A DNA stretch of 64,000 nt from Thalia democratica (Eukaryota). The notes under the pieces were generated by a model. It was not told the origin of the DNA. It saw only the letters and a list, made by a program, of their open reading frames with translations, and did no database searches. Shown here piece after piece: positions 1 to 12,800 of this stretch. Location: positions 38,316,001 through 38,380,000 of the forward strand of contig OZ241826.1 in assembly GCA_965202585.1 (NCBI GenBank), given 5' to 3'. The position numbers were made by a program, and so were the translations under genes. Position 1 is the first letter of the stretch. Every line of letters starts with the position of its first letter.

Positions 1-399
1 GAAAAAAAAGAATTTTTACAACATTATCTGTTAAAAATCTGGAAATTTTTTAAATTTGAATTTAATGAGAGAATATTGTAATATTAAATAAAAAAGGCAA
101 TAAAAGTGCTCAATAAGATGAATAGGTACGAAAAATGTTTTAAATTTTAATTAAACTAACATCTAAAGTAATACAACTTCATGTTCCGTTCATAAAACTA
201 AAAACTTAAAAATTTGAAATGAATAATACTTATTTAAAAAGAAAAGGTCAGTTTGAAAAAAGATTCTTTTAAAAAAAAGACTTAAATTAAAATGAAGAAC
301 TTGTGCATCTTTAACTTTTTATGTATAACATTTATATGTAAATTAGTTAATAATAAAACAATTGGTTTTATAATAGCTTCTTCATTTTTGAGGTAAACA

Positions 400-829
400 T
401 TAAAAAGCAACGCTGTTTTCGTAAGCTGCACTTTCTTTTCTCTCTGTTAAAATTGATTATTTTTTAGTTTTATTTTTTAACTGTAAATAGAGTACTTACA
501 CTATTTTCAACAGTTACTACAAAAATTTTTAAAAGCAAGCTTACACTATTACCTTTTTATATAAACTGCCTGAATTGGAATTGAAACTTTAAATAAGAGT
601 TTGATAGTTTTATGCATAATTCTAGGTAAAAAACTAAATGTTTGTAATATTTACGTAGTCATAGTTAATGCCAAGTTAAACTATGTAAGTAAAAAAGCTT
701 AAATATAATTATTTAGTTTGTTATCATTATTTGTCTGAGACTTACCGTTTTTCTGTTTGGCTTGCATTTCAATTTCCTCTTTTTTCTTATTTTTGTAAAA
801 CTTCTTCGTACTTGTTGAGCTAATTGATT
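400..829 (-). CDS. Gene A cytoplasmic tail exons ([28 protein letters not shown] / [14 protein letters not shown])
   Basis: Exon 746-829 (CAG acceptor, GTAAGT donor, 84 nt) and exon 400-443 (CAG acceptor, TAA stop) are in phase with the TM exon. Additional small exons between 830 and 2587 are not excluded. Confidence 0.65.
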
Positions 830-3800
830 CTGAAAGTTTTTTTTTTATAAAAATAAAATTTTATTTTATTTATTTCTACTGGATTAGTTTTAGTTGAAGG
901 CACAAAAATCATTCATAACGTATCATTACCGTAATTCAACATCTTTTTTTTTTTTAATTTTTTAAATATTCTATTACCGGAAAATAATTATGTTAACAAC
1001 TACAACTTTTAATTAACTACCTTAAAATTATTATTAACTTTAAAAATATAAAAGTTATACTAAAACATTTGTTTCGTTTTTTTATTCAGATATAACCCTA
1101 AATAGTTATTTTTTAAAACAAAACATATAAAACCTACAAATAAAAATTAATAACTATCTTTAAGTAAAATGCTAAGGCAAAACTATCCACAAACTTCTAC
1201 AAAATACAATTATAATTTATTTTTTTATATCTGGTACTTACTTAACTACATTTAAAAAAGTATTTAGTTTATATTTCTGGACATAAATTTTAATACCATT
1301 TTAAATTCTAGTATTTACCTTAATAAATATAGTAGGGCATGTATAAAATGACAATAGTTTTCAATCTACAAACATCAAAAGTTTTATAAAAAATAAAGTT
1401 GAAGCGGTTTTCTTCTTCAGTTCTTACTTTTTACCCATTGTGTTCAAAATGAAAATTTCTATACTTTTAACTTTTACTAAAAAAAACGGTTTATTACCAA
1501 TTTAATATTTTTTTTACCTTACCCATATATAAACAAATTTAATAAACAAAAATAAAAAAACATCCGAAAGTCTTAATAAAAAAGCAATAAAAGAAAATAA
1601 AAGAAAACAAAAGTTAAGAACAATGCCGTTTACATCAAAAAATGTTTTAATTGAAAATAGATAATTAAAAGTTTCAAAAGCTCAAAATAAAACTTAGAAA
1701 ATTAAGAATGAGCAGTGTAACTTCATTAGCACTATAAAATATTGAAATATGAATATAAAAATTGTCTATATATTATTTTTTGAAACTCAGATTTAAAACC
1801 AACAGACAATGAAAATAACTTTAAAGTAAAAGCTTTAGAAAACATGTCTGAAGCTTGCTTTTAGTTCTGACAGACACTTTATGTTTTTGATAATTTTTTA
1901 TTAAATATTTTGTAGTTATCAAAAGCTAAATGAAGATTTTCATAACTATTAACAACAATAGATTTTATTTCTGTTAAATGTGAATTTCCTTCCAAAACCA
2001 AAAACTTAGTAAATACGCCATTAAGTTTACTATTATATAAACCTTTATTGATATTATTAACATCCATCGTTTTACCTTTATCTGATGAAACAACTTCTTT
2101 CTGCTGTTGTTGAAAAAAACTACGATTTGTTTCGTCTATAATTTCATCCTGACTACTATTGTCCATGGTAGCAAAACCATCTATGTTCTCTAGAGTAATT
2201 TTAATATTGAAAATTTTGAATAATATCAAAAATTCAGTTTTTTCAAGGCTACTTGCTTTAACACTATACTTTTTTTTTCGTAATCGTGCGTTTATGAAAC
2301 TAAGTTTAATAACTAAACACATGCTTATTAGCTTTTTAGAAGTAATATTTGAATGAATTTCTATTTTACGTTTTACGATGTTTGATATTTCTTCATAAGA
2401 CTAAATTGAAACATCACGTTGAAGCAAGCCAATAAAACATTTGTAATAATTTTCGAGTACTAAAGTGAAAAGTTCGGTTTGGAGAATAAGACTGTGTAAA
2501 TGTAGTATTATAATAGTTGTAGATGTTTCAATTAAAATTTTTGTAAAGAAATAAAAAAATTTTGATACGCAATCATTTATAACTCACCAAGGTCGTCACA
2601 AGCTTCAGTATTTTCACCACTTTCACGGTAAGCACAATATATAATAAGGAAAATAGCGAGTGCTCCTCCTACGCAGCTGCATGATATTATTATTTTCTTG
2701 CTTCTTTCAGCATCTGTCGTACCTTCATCTACTGCACCCTCTTAATAATTATTTGTTTATTAATACCTTGTTGTTATCCATAGCTTACATTATAAAATTT
2801 TCTTTTAAAATATTTAACTTATACATGAAAAGAAATCAAATAAAGCAAAAAGTAAGTTTTTCCAGCTTTTAAAAGCAACAAATTAGTTTTAGTTTTTTTA
2901 CTTATCTAATCGTTTTGATTTGTTATAATTAAATTTTATATCAGTTTGGTTTAAATACAAAATGTAAATAAAACAACAGAGATTTAAATTTAACGTAGAT
3001 ATTTTATAAAACTGTTACACTACATAATTCTGTTTATTAAAATTAGTCAAAACTATCGAAAGAAAGCATAAAAACTTAAACAATTATAATTTGATGTAAT
3101 TTGTTTTCAAAACTATCTGATGTTAAAGTGCAACATAAATGTTAATACATTTTTCCCACCTTTTATGCAAACGAGTTCGTCTTCTTTCTCCCATTTTCCG
3201 TCACTACCACATGACGTCACGTCGTTATCCGCGTAACTGCCGTCGTCACGGTAACCCAAAACTTCCCCCTGACCGCAAACGTAGTTTCCCTCGCTTCCGT
3301 ACATTATGACGTCATCAGACGAAACAACTTCTACGTGCGACGATGACGTGAGTGTGCATGCTAAAAAGATATTGTAGCTGATAAAGTAAACAAATTGTAT
3401 AGTTTATAAAAAAATAATCAAGTAAAATTTTATGACTGCATGCTAATTAGATACGTTTGAGTATTTTAATTGTTAATAAAAAATAAGTTGGTTTCACTTA
3501 TAAATGAAATGTAATTTTACGACAAGAAATAATGTTTTTAATAATGTATTTAAAAAGCATCAGTATATGTTCTATATACTTTTGTCTAGCTTTAAAAAAA
3601 CATTTAAAAACAAAACAAACTTGTAATTTTCAGTGTAGCGCCAAAATCCTGCCTCGTTCCGGTCTGGTAAGCGGCGATGACGTAAAAGTCAACAGTGACG
3701 TCATCATCTTCATAATCTAAAGGTTCGATCAACTGGAGTGACGTCATCAGAGTGTTGCTGGAAGTAGAAGAGTAAGTCACGTACCAACCCACTGTTTCTG

Positions 3801-6800
3801 ATAAGAAATAAAGTAATATATAGTTTTTAAAATAATCCTTTGTTTAAGAAAAATTTTAAAAACGGTAAAGTGATATTTTAATGGAAAATCAATTTTTTGT
3901 GATAACATATGTTTGTACAAATGTTATTTTTTATAGTTTATTTACTTACTTAGATAAGTAAGCCATAAACAAATTAAATTTCTTTGTCAAAAAATAAAGC
4001 TGTCTCACATAAATTAGGGAAAAATACTTGTTAAAGCAAATATTTATAAAACATAACAAAACTTTAGCTGAATTGTTTTTTTGTGAATGTTTCGCAAATG
4101 ACGTGACACCAAGGGATTTTTTTTAATAATTAAAATAGATAGTTTTTATTTATGTTAGTTTAATTGATTTTTTCTTAAGGGGTAGGTAGATTTACACATA
4201 GTGTAACTTAATTGCTTAAACTTCATCGTTGTATCGGATAGAGTTAGATTGATTTATTTTTACCATAAAAAACATCATAAATCTAATGTATTTTGAAATT
4301 TTAAAGTACTTAAAGAAAAAGTAAACGATTGACAAACATACAAACCGTTTGTATCTCTAGTTTCCAAACTATTATTTGCAACATCAATATTGTATATGAG
4401 TGACTGGTCGTTGTAAGTCCATCCGATAGTGTATGGCTCGTTGTTAGCAACTATTTCCGCTTGGTACAAGCTACCATAGTAACCAACTGTCCAATCGTCA
4501 CCCTGTGTACCAACAGATCTTCCAAAATTCACGTCGATGCTCGATTGGATTGCTGTTTTTAGAATTGTTTAATTAAATTAAAATATTTTTTTTCAAATAT
4601 CATTTTACATAACTTTTAGTCAAACAGCTAACCAACGCAACCATCTTGATAAGGTTCACCTTCATAACCGAATTTACAAGAACAACTGAAATTTCCCACC
4701 AAATTTTCACAATCTGTATTTTCACCACAGGTATTTGCCCTTAAGCACTCGTTTTCATCTGAAACAAAATCAAAGTTATCGAGTAGATGTAATTTGCTTC
4801 TGAACTTAATACGGAACTTAGTTAAAAAAAGCATAATAAGCAAAATAAATTTGTTTTAAGATTTAGATACAGACTTTACATTTAACTCTTTTATTAAAAG
4901 CTAGTCAAAATACAGTTTGTTTAAAAACTTAAATTACAACTATTTATAAGTTAGGCTTTTGTATTAACAAAACCAAAAGCATAAGCCAAATTAATAACAT
5001 GTCTTTGAAAAATGTTATATAAAAAATTACTACAAATTTTTAACCAATTTTAAGCATGAGTTGAAATGAAAATCCACCTCTATCGTCAACCCCTTCATTT
5101 ACCATATTTTCAGCTTTACAGCGAACATATTTTCCATTGTCACTAAGTTCTGCTGTTTTCGTGTAAGTAGATTCCTTAAAAAATAAAAATTGTCATAACT
5201 TTTTATAAGAATATTAGTTTACTAGCAACTAAACATTTTAGACTTTTGAAAATAGTTAATTATTAAATTGTTTTAAAATTACAAATTTTTCAATACCACC
5301 TCATGTATTATTTTTTAAAAAGTAATTAAAACGCTTTCAAAAAGTTTAACGTTTCAATTGACATCAATCAATTTCAACAACTTTCAAAAAGTTTCAAAAA
5401 CTTAAAACAGCGTTTAAAAACGATTCTAACAAAATCAATACTTAAGAACCTCTATTGGATAGCGTTCAATAAAGTACATATGTTTATAATAATTTTTCAG
5501 TGTAAATTAAAGTAGTATTCAATATATTTTTACGAAACTAACTTCACCCTCTTGAACAATTAAGTCGTCGAGGTAGAAAATAATTTTTGTTACGTCATAA
5601 TCCTGAGTGAAGTACAAACAATCGAACTGAAGTGTTTCAGCTTCTGGTAGAAAGGTTTCACCGACTATCGTTACTGGTGTTGGTGCTGTTTGAATATAAA
5701 TGTGGTTTTATTTTTTCAAAATACTTAATATCATATAAAAATATTATCAAAAGTTGTTTACCAGTGAAACACTGTTTTAGTTCACTGCAATCGATATTGA
5801 CTTAAAACACTTGAAAAAGTTAATTACATATAAAAGTTTACAAACAAAAAGTAGATAAAATATACAGTAAAATATAATGTTTTTGTTTATGTTTTTAAAA
5901 AACAATTTATTTTTAAAGTAATGTATTTAAAATTGTTATCATCAAATTACAATAATACTTAAACAGTTTAGACTGAAACAAACGTTGATAGCAAGCGAAT
6001 TGGTCATAGTTTTCCCACTCGGCAGTTATCAAGCATGTAGTTTCTGTACCAGAAGGTTCGCTTCCGTCTTTCAGGTATAAGTAGTAACCTGATTGGCACC
6101 CGAAAGTTCCTGATGCTTCATAGTCGTTGTTTGTGCTGACTACTCGTAATGGTGCTTCCACTGAACATTCTGTAGGAATTTATAATTTGTTTTAGCTGTT
6201 ATTTTATGAAACTGTTTTAAATAGTTAAAAGGAACATATAAGAATAGTTTTTTGAAAAAGAAAGTAGTTTTTATCTGTTTTTTTATTAAGTTAATTGATC
6301 TGAATTTGATTGTTTAGTTCAGAGTTTAATGAATGTTTTGTATTCTTAGTCTTAAAATTTTCAAAGTAACAGCATAAGTATTAATTGAGTGGCAATAACC
6401 ACCGAAATCGATAATCTGTAAAGAAAAAAATCTCGTCAACCTTTGACATCGAACTCAATTCGGTACAAATTTTCTAAAATATTTCCACCAAATGCTACCA
6501 TGGATGAAGTATTTCTCAAACTGAGGGGTTTTTTGAGTTCAAAAGTGCTAATCAGGTTTCCCGCGTTTATTTCACATGTGACCTGATATGATTTTTTTCA
6601 TAACAGCTTTTAACAAACAATTTTACATTTTAAAATGTATTATATCAAAGCTTTTACTAAATTCAAAAATGAAAAACATTTAACTCTTAAAATGCAACTG
6701 CTAACAAGTTTGTAAATTCTTTTACTTTAGTAATAATTCTACCAAATAACAAGAAGTTTTAAAATTGTGTAGCCCACTTATTTTGTTTAAAAACTTGATG

Positions 6801-9800
6801 TTTAAAATATCTACATTTTTTATAACATTTATATAAACAAACTTCATACTGGTCGGTAATGTTATTAAGTCTGGTGCAAATTCCAGTTGTATAATTCATT
6901 TCATAATATTGAGGTAGCTGATCATTGTAAGTCCACGAAAAATCAGTGACGTCATTGGTTGTCGTGGCAACAAACAAATTTCCCGCATATCCGGTCGCCA
7001 TGACGTCACTTACTTCCATCGTGCTCGCAAAGTCGCCTTGATAATAAACATGCAAAGTAACTTTAGTTTTTTCGATAACATACATTTTTGTTAGCTGTAT
7101 AAATTTTGATATCTTTTTATATGTTAAAAAATATATTTTACTTGTGCTTTTTTCAGGCTTTACTAACGTATCTTTAATAGTTAATGTACTGATTCTAAAA
7201 GACAGAAAAGTCTTTGAGTTAATTTAACAGTATAAGTGTTTATAAACAATGGTGTTAAGCTTTCTTTTAGGCTATTTTGAAATTTAGAATTAATAAAACG
7301 AAGTTTTGCAACTTTTAAAACCTAAATTGTTAAAGTGACTGCTTAAGTACCTAAAAGTTAAATATCAAATAAAAGTAAACGACAATATCAACTTATTAGA
7401 GAATACAACATAAACTACATCACATATTTTAACTAATAAGATGTTTGTTATTCATTAACATTGTAGTACCATCATGACCAAACAAATAATTATACTATAT
7501 AGCACAAAACAATAAATACTATCAAATAAAGATAATAAAAATATGTCAATAACTGTTAATAAAACATTTAAGTTCTGATGTTCTATTGATCACTACTAAG
7601 CGAAAAAAACAAATAAAGTATTAAATTCAAATTAATTACATTAATAAACTGAAATTTATAAACAAAAGTTTTAGTATATGTTAGTTTTTAACCCTTGCAT
7701 AAACTTATTATACACAGAATTAGATTTTAAAAATTCTTAATTTGTTTGCTTAATAATTAGATGAAGTTTTTAAAGCATAAATTTAAGTATTTGTAAGTTT
7801 TTTACCTGTTTTTTAAATTACTTGACAAATTAACCAAGTAGTGTTAAGTATTCTATTTTAATTGTTTTATATTAAGTATAGGTATTCATAAAAAACACTT
7901 AAATTATGAAAAGTTAAAATTAGACGTTTAAAAACTTAAATATGTTCTCGTAAAAACTTGGTATCGTAGATTTAGAAATGTATTCATAAAATAATGTATC
8001 AATGTAAAAACTTTTATATTATGACACCAAGTTTTCTTAAACTAAAATATTTTTTAAGTAGCTATACTCAACACCTCAAAGCATAAAAGACAACAAGATA
8101 AGTAAGCTTCAGACTAGAGTAAAATAAGTTTTAAAATTTTAAAACTGGGTTGCTTAAGTTTTGTTTTGGTAAGCAAGTGTAAAATATTTTAATACAAAAA
8201 TAAAACAACAAATCTTCATTTGTTAACTATTACCATACGACTGTTTATGCAAAGTTGTTATTAAAAACTATAGTTAAAAAGATCTTGTTTTCAAAACAGT
8301 TTGTTATCGTTTCAAAAAAGAAAAAATTATAAACAAAAAAATTGTAAACACTTAGTTTAAGGATAACTCTTTTTATATTCTATGATTTTAGAATGATTAT
8401 TTGTTTTTTATTATTTAGAAAACAAACTTGATGTTTTTTTTTTATGAATAAAAAATCTTTTAGTGTTTTAAGTTGCGAAAAAGGTTTCAAGTCAAAACAA
8501 ATACTATACTTTTTTCCATAATACTTTTTTAAGTTTTAAAATTATGAAGTTGATAAAGAAATATTAACATAAGTTCTAATATAATATTAGTAAAACGAAT
8601 AATACACTAAATTTTTAATGCTTTTATTATGCATCACTTGACAAGTCAAAATCATTTGTTTAAACAGATGAATTGTAAATAAGCGCATGAGCTAAATTTA
8701 CTACTGAACAAACACTCACTGTTATAAAGTTCAAGTTTGTTTATTTACTTGTTTTCACACGAACACTAAATAAAGTAGGACAACATTCAGTCGATCAAGT
8801 TTAAATTGGACTTTAATCAGTTTGTTTGAGAATTTTTAAAGTTTTTCACATTACAAAATACGTTTTAAGTGCTTTTTTAATAAGATTTAGTGATTATGTG
8901 GTTATGTAGTATCTAAATCACTTGAACATATTGATATCAATCAAGTTTTAAATTTGCTCTTTAAACACGGGAAAAGCATGTAATCTAGTCAGTTAGTTTT
9001 TAATATAATTTTATCAACAAAATTGTTTAACATCATTACATCACAAAAAGCATAATTTTAAATATATTTTGTTAACTTTTTATGCAATAATAAACTTATG
9101 AACTTTGAATATAGTAGTTTTACTTTACTATTAGTCAAATGCTCAATGTTTTAACTAAACTACTAAAACTTTCAAAACTAAATTTACTATTTTATTCTTA
9201 AATCTTTACATTTTAAATCATTAAATATAAAAGTTAGAGTATGTTTTCACATAGTAAAGTATAAATTAAGTTTATAAGGTAATTTTAAATATATCACACC
9301 TTTACATACAAAAAAAAAGTTAAGTTTTGTTGTAAGTTTTCCAACAGTCACGAAATAAAAAATAATTATAACTTTTATGATAAATAAGAGTTTTTTAGAA
9401 CATGTAATTGAACATTTAGACATTATAATTTATACAAAAGGAAGTAATTATACATATAAGAATTAAACACTTTTAAGCTGTAAAACCTAAATGTAACTAA
9501 GTACATGATAAGATATTAATATTAAAAAAATGACAAACCAAAACTTTATAAAATTTAAAATCGTTGTAAAAAGTTAGAATATCGAAACCATTTTGAGTTT
9601 TAGAAAAATCATTAGTTTTATTAAAGCAGTAATATTAAAAGGTTACATATTACAGTTATACTATTTCATACAAAAATATTCATGAAAACAAAACAAAAAC
9701 TGTTTATAATTTAAACATATTCTAGTGGTATGTAAAGTTTTTTTAAACAGTTAAAGTAGTATGGTTTACGGTAAAACGTTAATTAGTACATTGAACTTCT

Positions 9801-12800
9801 TTAAGGTAAAAACAAAATATCTTTAAAACTACTATTACGTTTTATATCGCAATACTTTATTACCAGCACATTGTCAGAGCATTAAACTCCATCTATGACA
9901 TTTATTACTTTTAAAACTTAAAAATACTTTTCATCAATTAATAACAAAGCAAATAGTACTAAATAAACAGGGTAACAAACTTTTTATTACCACAAAAACA
10001 AACAACTACACAAAAACGAACAAACAAAATATGAAAGTTTTCTATTTACTCATGTTTCAGTTTGCTTCAAACTCAACGTCAGGATATTGAACTGCATCCT
10101 GATCCTATCGACTATTTGTATTGCGCAAATGTTAAAACGTCAAATACAGCAAAATATATCAAGTTGGTATGACTAAAAAATTTCTTTAAAAAATCTGTTT
10201 CATTGATTGTTTTAATTTCAAATGCAAACACCTAGGTTATCTTGAGGATACAATTATATTTTTTAAAATGCTTGAAGTTTTTCATATATTCTTTAAGTTC
10301 AACCACCTATGGGTCATTGAACTGATACTCTAAATTGATATGACTAAAAAATAAAATAACGATTTTTTTTTAATTTCCATTACAAACATAAAACCAACCT
10401 TGTGGACACTGTATCGAACCCTCGTACTCCCAAGTCCCATCAGCTGTACAAGTAGTAAACGTTTCTCTCCAGGGGACATAATCGTTTGAATACAAAACTC
10501 CGTTGTTGTCGCATATGAGGTTTCCTGTACTCTTGTACAATGGATCGTCTATGTAAGGTGTTACTGTAACGTGGTCTTTCACTTTGAAGCATTCTGTTAA
10601 TTACGTTTTGATGCTTCTTTCCATTATAAGATTAAGGGTTCGTTTCAAAAAGATTAGATTAAAGTAAGTGTCCTTAAAAAAATATTTTGGTGCTTTTCAA
10701 TTCAGTTTTTTTTAACTAGTTTTGTTTAACAAAGGGAATTGTTGAAATAACGCTACAAAATCACAGCTTATGCATGTTATTCTGAAATATCTTAATTAGT
10801 TTACACCTGCAGTTCAGTTTGATTTTTTTGGTTATTTTACAATTAGTTTTAGACTTTATTAGTTCAAGTATAAACCTTTTATCTTAAATGTACTTTATTT
10901 GTTTGGCTACTAAAATTAAATATAAATGATGATACAAAGTGTGTAATAAAGATAAAGAAATCTTAGAAGCCACAATTAATTCTAATAGTTGTTAGTTAAG
11001 TTTTTAACCGTGTGAAAGTGAGACTTGTAAACAAAAACTGACGCTTTACAGTAATCGTAACGTTGAAATCCTGTCTCGCTCCGCTCGGGTAAGCAGGTAT
11101 CAGGTAAAACTCGACTAGTTCCTGGTCATCGCTCAGTTCAAATCCGGTTCTGATGTTGATAGAAGATCTAAAAACATCGTTTGAAACAGTTTCGTAAGTC
11201 AGGAAGAAATTTGTCGCTCCAATTCTATTTTCTTTTTCAGCTTCTTGTATGGTCGGTCCAATCGTATATTCTTCATTTTCACCCTTGGAAAGTTCATTTA
11301 GCATGAATAAAATAGTTAAAAATTATTTTTTGAACAAACGAAAAACACCAACAAAATATTATAAACTGCTATATAATGCAAAAAAGCAAAGTTTTTTATT
11401 AAAATAAACACACTACTACACAGTTCTACTAATATTAAAGATAAAGTTATAAGTCGTTTACTGACTTATTTCTACCTTAAAGTTCCATCCCAAAGTAAAA
11501 GGTTCAGTTGTAGTAATAGTTGCTTGATACAAACCACCAGTAAATCCTTTTGCCCAGTCGTCTGCATTGCCCCTTGAATAGTAGTTAAGACTCCTCTCAA
11601 AAGCAATTGTGACGTTTGAATCCAACACTTTGTTAAAAGTAGACAAAAAAATGATGTTAGATTATTTTTACTACTTTTACATTTAATTTGGTTTATGTTT
11701 ATATTTTTAAAGGCATAATAATCTTCACTATAACTATAAGCTTGTATTAAATTAAATTTTTATCTTAGTTTTAAACCAAACAAACTTTCACTACAATCAA
11801 CCAATGGGTCTCCAGAATAGCCAGGACTACATTGACAAATAAAACTTTCTAAAGTATTGAAACAATCAGCATTGGTCCCACAAGGGTTACTATCACACTC
11901 ATTTATTTCTGTTTTTTTTTGGTATTGTATTAAAATTTAATTCAAAGACGTTTAGTACAAACGCCACACTGCTCATGAAAATGAAAATAAAGAAAACAAA
12001 GTAGTACCTTCAGTGCAAATAAATTTATCTTCATTCAGCCATCTACCATCAGCCGTACATATAGTTCCGTATTCATTAACGTCAACTTCACTTCCATCTG
12101 CCAACGACAAGTATGTTTCTTTTGGGCAGCTGTAAGTACCTTGCGAGGAATAATTGACATCCGTGAAAGGAGATACTATGCTGTCAGTTGAGCATGCTGT
12201 TATGAAATTAACTTTTTAGCGCTAGAAGTGTTTGCTGATTTTATTTCAAATTAAATAAAAATGAAAAGGTCATATTTTAAAAATTTAGTGTATATATTTT
12301 TTTTACTATTTATATAAAGTGAAATCTGATTTGGATGTTATACAAATAAGTTATAGTTGTTCAAAAATGAAATGAACTTTTTTGTGAGAAAAAAGGTTCA
12401 AACTAGACATATTAGGAAAGGAATTTATAAAATAATGCTTTTTGTTTTTGATTTAAATTTACTTAAACAAAACCCACTTGTAATAGAAATAGTAGCAGAA
12501 AAGTCTTGTCTCTCGTTGCCAATGTAATCTGATACAGTGAAGAATTCAACCTTCTTACCCTCGTCCCCAGCAACCAGATTCCTTAGCAACCTCATCGTCG
12601 TCACGTAACTACCCCTCGGTGTCTTCTCATACGTCACGTAGAAGTTGCCTGCTGATCTCGAATTTGGGAAATACCCAACTTTGATACTCTCCTCATCACC
12701 ATCGAACTTCCACGTGGCGGTGTAAGTTTCCCCGTTGGCGAATATTTCCGCTCCATAGAAGTTTCCTTGGTAACCTTGGGTCCAAACGTCGTCATAGGAA

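Noticed and set aside
400-443. ITIM/ITAM in the gene A tail
   Set aside because: AAYENS does not fit (I/V/L/S)xYxx(L/V), and there is no paired YxxL.
8160-8220. [16 protein letters not shown], a signal-peptide-like frame in gene A's large intron
   Set aside because: Ends in a stop with no splice donor, and no counterpart was found in gene B's intron.
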